A stretch of DNA of 58,809 nt, filler included, from Sphacelaria rigidula (lineage: Eukaryota), in NCBI GenBank assembly GCA_964200075.2. It is 8 parts of 8 records of this genome, joined end to end, with 100 filler letters (N's around TTAATTAATTAA, not from the genome) between each part and the next. Parts side by side here need not be neighbours in the genome. Positions count along the whole stretch, not along the records: positions 44,184 to 51,446 come from CAXNAA020015717.1; positions 51,547 to 58,809 come from CAXNAA020015718.1; 6 more parts are not named here. One strand, written 5' to 3'. The notes under the pieces were generated by a model. It did not search any database and was not told where the DNA came from. It saw only the letters and a list, made by a program, of their open reading frames with translations. The position numbers and the translations under genes are program-made. This document shows, in pieces, positions 49,286 through 58,809 of the stretch. Position 1 is the first letter of the stretch. Each line of letters opens with the position of its first letter.

Positions 49286-49689
49286 CACACCCGGCCATTT
49301 GGCTACCCCCCAAAAAATCCGTCCACACCAAAATTGACCCCTCCAGAGGATTCAATTTTGTCCGTGGAGGTGTTTTATCCCTCTGGAGGGGTCAAATTTG
49401 ACCACTCCAGAGGGATAAAACACCTCCAGAGGAATTAGTGACCTCTAGAGGGAGTTCATATATTGTGTTGAATCCTCCAAAGTGCACATGACCCCTCTCG
49501 GAGAGCTCCACCTCCCTCCCTCTTGAGTGACTTTGTGCGGGCTATTCGTCTAGCGGTATTCAATCCCCTTGGAGGGGTTCACTATTCAGTCTCTAGAGGG
49601 ATTATATGCCTCCAGACCCTTTCCGCCCTCTAGAGGGATCACTTTTCGTGTAGAGGGACTTTTGGGGGGTAGCCAAATGGCCGCGCGTG
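49286..49689. mobile_element. Non-autonomous TIR element with CAC termini and many CCTC(T/C)AGAGG subterminal repeats (EnSpm/CMC-like)
   Basis: TIR CAC(A/G)C(C/G)CGGCCATTTGGCTACCCCCCAAAA. The internal quasi-palindromic 10-mer is repeated in both orientations. Flanks are CTT and GTT. Confidence 0.7.
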
Positions 49690-50886
49690 GTTGGAGATGA
49701 AACCGTCCATATAGCATATGTTGAATGGTTGATTCCCAAATCGGTAAGATGTCTCAGATCCGATACACTGCTCTGGATATATTTGAACGTGAGTCTGCTC
49801 GAGATATTCGTATCTTGAAGGGAGAGCCGGTAACGATGTATTGAATCATGACTGTGATGGTGTAGAGCGTGGTGAGTCGTGCGGACGCACCCCCCCCTAG
49901 ACCAGAACCTCTGTCGTCGACTTCCGGTTCCGTCACACTCGGAGTCTATCTGAGTCTACCTTCGGTGGGTATGTTACTCTAGTATCGGTGTGTGATACCT
50001 TGGGCCTCTGTGAGCAATATATGGTAACTAAACAAAAGTGTACTTCATTTCAATCAGGGTATGGATATCCCGGTGTTTTATATTCACACAAGTGTCGGGT
50101 GGCCTTACAGTCCTTGTTGTCGGCGTGTCACAGGCCAAGGTTAAATTAACACCATATTCCCCAATTTTTGTGTCATCGGAGCAATGCGGTGTAAACTTGT
50201 TGTGTGGGGTCTCAATAATCGTGTGTTGGTCCAAGAGTAGATTTCTCGACCGCATAGCTAGAAATTGATACAACCGAGCTGTTCGATAGTGGACCACACC
50301 GGTCGGGACCTGACTCGACCGAGCGGAAATATCAGCAAGCTAGAGCCTGGGAGCTGTGTACTCGTAAGAGCCCAGGCGACAGATTAGTCCGTAGTAAATG
50401 GTTCGAAATTGGTCGTGAAAATGATTGTTTGAAGTGGATCGTAGAAATGTTTTTTTTTCGTTTAAAAAATATCGGGTAATTACAAAGAGGAACACTGAAA
50501 ATGATGAAACAAACACACTGAAGGAACACTAGATACCAGGTTAAGAACACGTCTCGCCCACAACAGAACCCCGACAGGCCCGTGCCAGGGCTACAGGTGA
50601 GGAGGCCGTTCAATAAACAAGGCCGTGGAAGCAGGTTGCGACGCGACTATCTGATGACATCACGATCAAGCACCTGTCGACCATACTCCCCCCGCAACCC
50701 GAAGACTTTGATCTCTTGGAAGGTGCTGGCGGAATCGTGAAACAAAAACGATCGGCTATCCCTAGTAAGCATAGTTTATGGTCAACATTACGATGATATC
50801 ATCTGATCATATACGACCCCTCATTTTCGTTCTTCATTCATGATAACATTACATCTCTTGATCCCCATTTTGTTGAATCGAATGCT

Positions 50887-50928
50887 CACAGCATGAGTCT
50901 TCGTGAACACAGCATGAGTCTTCGTGAA
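50887..50928. repeat. Perfect 21-bp tandem duplication
   Basis: cacagcatgagtcttcgtgaa x2. Confidence 0.9.
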
Positions 50929-51446
50929 GTGAAAAAAAGCTAGGGGAAATAGCTGTGAACCGAAAAAGTATTTGTTTGAGTAATGGCTATTATAAATCAT
51001 GAAAGGTAGTCGTCAGCGGAGGTTTACCTGGAATTCCTCCAACCTGTGGCTGTGCCAAGCCATTCCGAGCCCCCGAAGTCGGCGCGCCAGCACTCCTGTG
51101 TGCGTAACTCCACAACCCCTGCGCATCCCCAACGCCTCACAGACATGCTTCACTCGCTCAACCACCTTCGCAATCACGCAGGTAGGTACTGATTAGCCAC
51201 GAAATTTGAGAGGTTGGCCCAGATAGAGGTATTTCGTGCCCGATTAACGGAGTTATCGATACTGTGCGCTAGTGATTACCCCTTTTCCAAGTGCACTCCA
51301 AGCCCCGTTTTCATTGTTACACTTATGAAGAGCGCTCGAAAGCTGTGGAACTGGGCATCGTCATCCTCTGTGCATACTTCCTCTGTCTCATAAGTCTGGT
51401 CCGTTATGTTTATACGAGCCCTTAACGGTGTCCGATTTGATTTTCG

Positions 51447-51546
51447 NNNNNNNNNNNNNNNNNNNNNNNNNNNNNNNNNNNNNNNNNNNNTTAATTAATT
51501 AANNNNNNNNNNNNNNNNNNNNNNNNNNNNNNNNNNNNNNNNNNNN
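51447..51546. other. Artificial contig spacer
   Basis: 44N-TTAATTAATTAA-44N. Confidence 0.98.
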
Positions 51547-51548
51547 TT

Positions 51549-54500
51549 CGTGTTCTAGACGGCAACCACCGAGTCAAAGCAGGACAGCGCATCTTCGGGC
51601 TGGAGAAGCGTATTCCATGCAATGTGTACAGGGACATATCGGCCAATGAAATGCGCATCATCGGAGACGGTGGGTCATATTGTCACACGTGGAATCGTAC
51701 CTTGTGGTTTGGTGCTCATTAGTTGTTTGTTCTGATTTCGCAGTAGTCTGCACGGGGTTAACCCCTCCCGAAAAATACTCCGCACCTCCCTGCGCTGGAG
51801 CGGTGGAATCGATCCGAGCAAAAATTTCTCGTTTTGATGCAGTCGGGTGCGCATGGATTTTCAAGCTTTCGATCCCAAAAAGATGAAGTAGCTTTGCAAG
51901 TGCGGGTCGAGTAGAGAATACTCGGTTGCAGGATATTTTGAACGTCGTACTTACAGTACACGGATTGGGGGTAGGGTTTTAGAGCGACTTTTACGGCGAC
52001 AAACCCCGGTTTTTACACGTGGGAGCACTTCAGCCCGTCTACAGACGATTTTCTCCCGTGGTTAGATTTCTTGGACCCCAGTCCGTTGGGATCGCGCTCC
52101 ATTTATTTTGTGGGTAGGACTTCGTACCACGTAGTTTCGTCCCTGATGACTGCCATAAGAGAAGATGCGCAAGTTTTCCCCAACGAAAAATTAGCGAAGC
52201 AAACCCAACTACTGTAGTCCATCTATCCCTGTGCTCAACTCGTGCTCTATGCTGCAGGGTTGCGGTCGTAGCTGAGAATGATTTGGATGGAGTTTGAACC
52301 ATCATGTGAACAGGTGTTTGAATCAAGCTCCATCTTTTTTATCCATTTTTTTGTTGTGAAGCCCTGTTTCAACCTTTTTTCTGATCAGGCGTTTTTTATG
52401 CGCCTTTTCCCCGTCCTTGTTGTGGCGTTGTAGCGGTATCACCTCACGATGCGCGCCGTCTAGCACGCGGGCGAGACGACAAGTTGGACACCCGAAGTTT
52501 CGTCGATTATTAAAAAAATGAAGCTTTTCCTGAGTTCTTGAGTTTGGAGCTCACAACCTGCACACCGACTGCACGAGTCACCATCCCTAATCGACCACGT
52601 CAAAACGTTCACTCTCCACATATTCGTGTCGGCATAACGGCACAGCTTTGAACGAGGTGGGAGAGACGCTGTCAGAACGGAACAATTACGATAAACTTTA
52701 TATGTTCATGGGGATCATCGGCTCCATACAAGATCGCACGAAAAAAGATAATGTCGGAGCAGAAGCGATTGCAGAGGAGTTTACGAAGGTGAGTGGAAAT
52801 CTGAGAACGTGCTCTTTTGGAGCTGGGTGGACACCGACACGTTGGAATGATTTGCTCTACTTGTCGGGTGGGTTCCAGGACATTTCCTCGTTCTCCGGTG
52901 GCCGTAGTTTCTATTTTCGCCAACCAAGAACTTGAGTTCAAGAACAGTCGGGAAACGGTCAAACACCGAGAAATTCGCCATATTTTTCTGGATTTCACCC
53001 TTCGCGGACGAAAATTCTTCTTTGACCAAAATGATAACTGCGGCCACCGAGGAAGGGGGAAATGTCCAGGGCCCACCTCAATGAGTAACGCAAATCATCG
53101 CAAGGTGTCAAATTCCCACCTCAATGAGTGACACAAATCATCGCAAGGTGTCAAATTCCGCCTAGCTCTCTGTTGAGGCGTGGAACTATGCCAGAGTCAT
53201 AACAAGGCAGTTTCCCGGGTTTTGATTTCAGTTTGTTCTCGAGTAGATGGGAGTATATCGTTTCACGGGACCAACACTGCTGCTGTACCGCATTGCCGGC
53301 TCCACGAGAGTGTGGCGTGCACTGTATGACACAGACCATGATGCTACACCCTACAGTACGCTCCGACGCGGCAGTCGGCTGCAGGAAGAGGACATACGCC
53401 TGCTCTTTCGCTTCACTCGTTGCCAGTGCTCGGGTGTGTTGATATGTTTGTATCCACGCGTGAGCGGGGGTGACCAGCCCATACACTCCGCCCCCCATGG
53501 CGGCAACGTACGAGAAGCTGAGGTTAGTTGAGGTTGCTTGATTCGGATCTAGGGTCAGCGGACCACTTCCTTTGTTCGATCATATCTCACTCTCACTGCT
53601 GACACCCACGGTTTCCGAATACCTCAAATGAAGATAGTAGAGAACGGTTGATGGTGTTGAATTACGTCCGATTGCCCTGCCTGAACTCCGTATTGTTCGT
53701 CCACTGCGCTCTGTCAGCGCGCGCGGGGTGACTTGAATCGCGTGACGATGACCCGAGCAAAAACAGAAATGTTCGAAAGTAACACATGTTTCCTACGTCC
53801 GTCAACGCGTGCCGGCACCCCCGCCCCCTCTTGAAAACGACAGTTGCACGTGCGGGTCCCGCCCATGACGACTCTGCGGCAATGGAAAAGAGCGGTTGTG
53901 TCGACATCACCAGAAGCGATGAAAGCCATCGCTTGGGCGTTTCAATGCGACAACCGTGGCGTTGACTCGGGAGCCATATCCCCGGCTTTTCTCAGAAGCA
54001 AGCAGTACGCAGACCTGCATGATAAACCCCAGGCCCAATCCATCGCGATCAACATGCTCGTCAGGTACACACCACACGTCTAATGCGGCTAGATAATCAC
54101 ATGACCCTTAGTTTATCGCGTCTTGTGTCAGGGTCAATCGCTGGGGATTTCGACGTACGATGCATCGTGTAACGCACCCGAACCCGACGCCCACAAAAAC
54201 ACAGACGCCGACTGTACATCGTCGAGGCACGCGCAGGAGAGGCCACCCTCTGATCACACACCGCTCAACATGGATAATGAAATCGCTTATTTCACATCGG
54301 CGATGATTACCGTTTTCAGACGATCATGTTTCTCATCAACATCGGACTCTCGTACATTCAAGATCCCGTGGAAGGGTCTCCAAAAACGAGAGCACCAAAC
54401 AGAGTTGCCGGTGGGCGGGATATCAGTTCCGCCACACGCGGTTTCCCTTGGTCCCGTCATGCAGCACCTAACGGGTGAAACGTCTTATGTACTCTTCACA

Positions 54501-57500
54501 GCACACATTATATATTCGCGCTGCCCGCAGGTTCCAAACAGCGAACAAGACAAATCCTAAAGCGAGTGACTGGGGGCGTATCTCCACAGCTGCACAAACA
54601 GCCGCAACCCTCCTGGAGCGTTCAGAGAGGCAGATTCCTCGTGAGGCGTGGACCGACGTCTTCGAAGAGTAAATTTGCATTCATTGCAACACGCGCGTCG
54701 ACTGCGGTGGACCGTAACCGCTGTCGTAGGCTACAGTATTTCGGAAGTAAGGATCGCGCGTGCAGCACATGTTTGTGTCACGCTTAGACTTGCGCCCCTT
54801 ATGCTAGCAACCTTTCTGGCATCATTCCACCTTGCATAAAAAGCGTAGCGTTTCAGCAGGTGGCATAGATAGCGCAGCGTTTCGGCAAGTAGCGCAATCG
54901 ATACTAATTTTTAAATGGGGGGCATAATCGAGCTTAAATTCTCCAGTAGAGTTGGCAACAATGATCTAAATGTCGACGTGGTGTGATATGTTGGGGTTGA
55001 ACTCTGCTATCATCGACCGCGGCCGGGTCTGATATACCAGTCATTCAAACTGCAGGGTTGACTTTCGTTTCTTTGTTTCACTCCATATATCTAAACATTT
55101 ATTCACAGTGTGTAGTATGCATGTAGTGATCGGTGGGTCTGCATCCGGTCAAAAATGGCGCTTGTTGGATATTGCGAGCATATTTGAGCATAAATCCCAT
55201 CTTGCGAGCATGGATCGTCGAGCACATATTTTGTGAAATTCGAGCATAGATTGCACTCCACGAGCCGAATCTTTTGTGTAACTACTAGCATTACAAAATG
55301 ACTTTACTAGCATGAGGGACAAAAACGTTGTAACACTCACGGGAGGCATTTTGCGCTCCGCGACATCATCGCGACTAGGGTTGCTCGCGGGTTGACTCGC
55401 GGTACATACGGGCTGGAGGATTTCAAGCTGCACGTCACGGACTTCATCACATCAGTAGACAAGAGCATACAAGAGACACGGGCACGCCTGCGCGAGGAAG
55501 AACGGAACGGAGCAGCCATGAAGGCGTTCGAAGATGTCTGTCTCGGCAAATTCCATCCGCGGCTGGACCTGGTACGTGACCGACACGCGAAAGTCAAGAG
55601 TTGAATGTTGGATAGTGAGTAATTCGGGCGATAGGTCGCCAAGACGATACAAACGTAAGGCGGATCGGACATGCTGCTGTGATAAATATATCCAAATCGC
55701 GCAGAACAGGCTTGCGACGCGCGAAATTGGCGCATGCCAGTCATGGGCACAACAAGGATGGTACCCGATCATCCACCCACGTGATCGGGAGACAATTGAA
55801 ACATTTCCACGAGGTTGTTCACCTACATTTTCAACCACGGCCCGTTTTCGCAGAAAGCACAAAGAGGGGCCCTGAGGCGGTACAACGATAGCTGGAGGAA
55901 GAGGTGGGACGAGGCCAACAACACCATCGCTCGCTTGAAGTTGGCGAACGCGGGCGGCGAGGAAGGCGACGACGAGGATGCTGGTGAATCGGAGGAGAAT
56001 GAAAGCGATTGTAAACGACCGGCTGAGGGCAGCCGCAAAGACGAATTGTGTCCCTCGTGCGACCCATCATCAGACGTCAGGTGAGAAGGGATAATATGAA
56101 TCAACACTCAAGCCGTTCCGACGGTGCCGAGCACACCAGTTGACCTCCCGAAGTACAATGCTACAGTTCTCAGATCGCCACGTGTAATGATTGAAACAAC
56201 AATCACCTTACCTGGGAAACCGCCAACCGCTCGACACTTTCATGCCGTCCTCGCAATTGCAGATATCATTGCGTGCACCGCGGGATGAAGCACCAGACCT
56301 TCTTTGAGCTGCTTGTGCTCATCTCCGAGGATGCATCTCTTGCCGAGAGGAATCGACGTCTCTGCCTTGTCTGCGAGGACAAGCCGGGGCGCCAGAAGAG
56401 GAAGGGGGACAGAACTGACGGCGTCGGAGGCGGAGGGAATCCTAAAAAGAAGGGGAAGAAATCGTCACAGGCAGGGAAAATGCTGCCCCCTGCCGGTTCC
56501 ACCGTGGAAAGCAGAAGATGCGAGGATAGGTTGCCGTTGTGGAGACTGTGTCGTCAACTGAAGCTTACCTTTAGATTGTTCCCTTGGACGACGGTTGTGA
56601 CAGCATGCATAAGTCGGTCGACATGCGACACTGGGACTGTGAAGCGCACCTATTTGTAGGTTCTCCTGTCTTTCGTTCAACCTCGCGCACTGCTCGACTA
56701 TGAAAACCTGACAGTGCAGCCGCCAGCTTAGCCACCGTAGTGGAACGCACGCCGAAGAATTACGCCGGATTGGCCCCCACCCCAACGCCAGCCCAAAACC
56801 GCCAGCCAAACAATGAATGGCTATCCACCACGTGATGTTCGATTCCACAGTGCATGGAGGGCCTTGTTTACTCGACATGGACGAAAACAAACAGAAGCGT
56901 GAATATTCCAATCTGCTCAATATGAGGATATTTTGTCATATCGATTTTACGTGTCGGTTGTTGCCCCCCCCGAACCAACCACTTTCTCGGGAGGGGCTAT
57001 ATCGGAGAACACACGCTACACCCCGCGACATGCGGACGACCAGCGCGCAACGAAGGACAGCTGACGATGCTATTGCGTGCTTGCGACGTGATATTGTACA
57101 GGGCTCATCACTCGAGCATACACGAGCATAATCTACTCCGCTGCCACTGCGCTCTTATTGACCAACAAGAGCTACTCCCTGTGAAGAGACCGCCGAAGCT
57201 TGTCATAGTCTCCATCGATGTCGAGAAAACAATGCTGAGCACGACAAATGATGACAACAAGGGATACTTTAGGCGGTTCGTTGAAAAGGTGCTGGAAGTC
57301 TTGCATCCGATGGGCACCATCGCCTTTACAGTCCCGCGGCCCTGGAATCGACACGGATATCGTATCCAAGGTATCACGGTCTGCACGGTTCATGACAGGC
57401 ACAACCGCGGCATCGATGTTGCTGAAAACAGGGTAGACACATCTGAGTCGGTATCCGCCACACGAGCGCGGATAGGATAAATTGTGTGCTTCGTTTCGTC

Positions 57501-58809
57501 CGTCACATTGAATCGCCGCTTTCCTACATCCTTTATTGCTCTGATACGGCGTCCTGTGGTGATGTTGATACTCCCTTGGCACCCCCCGAACATCCACCGT
57601 CGCTGCGATCCACCGCGGCGCGCACCCCTACGCAGGCGCGATCGAAGCCAACACCTCAATGGGGGTCGAAGACGACTCCGTGCTAGTAGAGTACTCCAGC
57701 CGCCACGGAGGCTCCCGAAAGAAGCACGAGAGGTATCATTTTTACCCTCAGATGGAGGGCATTATGGTGGCACACAAGCAACCGAGCGAAGAGAACAAAA
57801 CATTCACGGTCAACCCGAGGGTGACCTTCGCCGATCCCTACGGCACGAAGACCAACGGCGAAGTGCCGGAATGCTGGCAAAAGATGGGCGGGGGGCCAGA
57901 AGACAAGCTCGCGTATGAACAGGGCGGGCCTGTTGGGGCACCTGTCAATTCCCTCCCGCCGCGGGTACTGACTACGTTCGTCAAAAGGTGATAACATACT
58001 TTCTGACCCCGTATCCTCCTTCTCATGTGAGACAGTATGCACTTTCGACGATCGTAGTGGAAACTTCACTTCCGGTGGGCGGGTGGCGCCGGAACATGCC
58101 GCGCCGTGAAAGACATAAGATGAGTCGATGTCATTGTAGGCGTTGTGGCCAACAACACTTCCGGATGTTGTGCTTTTGGTCGAACGGAGGGGGGTCCGAA
58201 ATACCAGAGAGATCCGAGGCATGCATGCACGTGGTATTTAACACATGTTGGGACAAGTCTCAGCGAAAGCTTCGAGCGGGAATCATCAAATTCGAAATGC
58301 TCCCCACAGTGATTAGTTGTGGTGGATCTTTCGTGACGTCGGGATCATCGTACTGTCTTCGGACAGGTTCACCCTGGCAGGAGATGCCGTGATGGGGATC
58401 GGGGTGGAGAGCACGCAGCTACTGGAAGTCGCTCTCGAGCTTGGTCGACCCACGGAGCTCTTCCTCCACAACCGCGGTCTCGCGACCGAGGTTGGGGGCC
58501 GTATGGAGAGGGCGTTCCAAAAGGCCTTCATGTCGGGGATCTTCAAGGCGAGCCCCCGAAAAACCGAATGCTTGCCCGAGGTATCGCGATCCTTACTCCG
58601 CGTCTGTGGCCGATGCGCAGGCACCGAATCGGATTTGATTACTCGCGACTCATATCTGATGTGCCAGATGAAGCTCACACCAATGATCCCGACCTCGCGT
58701 GTGTTCATGCGTCACCTTTGCCAGCAGTATGATATCAGCGGCGAGGTGTACGTGGGGCCGACGCTGCTCCCATCAGCGCTGCCCGCAGATACAACGCCGG
58801 CAGGATTGC
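51549..58809 (+). CDS. ParB-like domain + HTH + PHD-like finger + degenerate beta-class DNA N6A/N4C methyltransferase-fold protein, partial. Exons 51549-51669, 52646-52788, 53844-54064, 54531-54668, 55379(or 55346)-55571, 55854-56080, 56263-56529, [56715-56831 optional], 57102-57370, 57636-57987, 58367-58580(or 58547), 58725-end
   Basis: All junctions can be made GT-AG and are phase-consistent (1,0,2,2,0,2,2,2,1,2,0), giving ~780 stop-free codons. ParB/Srx-like: RVLDGNHRVKA...IPCNVYRDISANEMRIIGDALNE. HTH-like: AEAIAEEFTKLHVRVPPMTTLRQWKR. MTase-like: HNLLRCHC...PKLVIVSIDVE...YFRRFVEKVLEVLHPMGTIAF...FYPQMEGIMVAHK...LPPRVLTTFVKRFTLAGDAVMGIGVESTQLLEVALELGR. Confidence 0.72.
51797..52320 (+). mobile_element. 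Remnant related to the interior of the 38469-39299 PIF element, inside the first visible intron of the ParB-MTase gene
   Basis: 51800-51880 aligns with 38510-38592, and 52164-52319 aligns with 38906-39060. Confidence 0.75.
52867..53077. mobile_element. MITE-like element with ~60-bp imperfect inverted termini (intronic)
   Basis: ggtgggttccaggacatttcc...cggtggccgtagtt versus aactgcggccaccg...ggaaatgtccagggcccacc. Confidence 0.7.
53072..53159. repeat. 43-bp tandem duplication
   Basis: cccacctcaatgagt(a/g)ac(g/a)caaatcatcgcaaggtgtcaaatt x2. Confidence 0.85.

Noticed and set aside
56340-56590. piggyBac C-terminal cysteine-rich domain (CLVC...CRCGDC)
   Set aside because: The CRCGDC reading is in another frame, lies beyond the likely donor at 56530 and hits a stop. 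There is no DDD transposase core on this contig.
57085-57131. Alternative MTase start DIVQGSSLE in ORF 56817-57131
   Set aside because: It ends in a stop at 57129 with no clean splice to the downstream frame. The acceptor at 57101 gives a continuous frame with a better HxLLxx-type match.

Overview
This window is not one locus. It is eight unrelated contigs of near-identical length (five of 7264 nt, three of 7263 nt) joined by artificial 100-nt spacers (44 N + TTAATTAATTAA + 44 N). The DNA is eukaryotic, intron-rich and repeat-rich, most likely from a brown alga or related stramenopile (inference). Exons were reconstructed by hand from splice sites and reading phase. Contig 1: seven exons of a Hydin-like axonemal gene, with two GC-AG introns. 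Contig 2: a decayed Ty3/Gypsy retrotransposon. Contig 3: a WD40 gene fragment. Contig 4: a coiled-coil gene fragment. Contig 5: mitochondrial ribosomal protein mL54. Contig 6: a dense cluster of ~100-bp piggyBac-type MITEs with nested PIF/Harbinger elements. Contig 7: an uncharacterised gene with one EF-hand. Contig 8, the most interesting: a phase-consistent 11-12-exon gene (~780 codons visible, both ends missing). It encodes a ParB/Srx-like domain (DGNHR), an HTH, a PHD-like Cys/His cluster with an NLS-like patch, and a beta-class DNA amino-methyltransferase fold whose catalytic and SAM-binding motifs look degenerate. It resembles an intron-laden, possibly catalytically dead, phage-type ParB-methylase. 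A tiny dispersed repeat ending in C-runs also recurs in five contigs. All protein assignments come from motif recognition; no database search was run.
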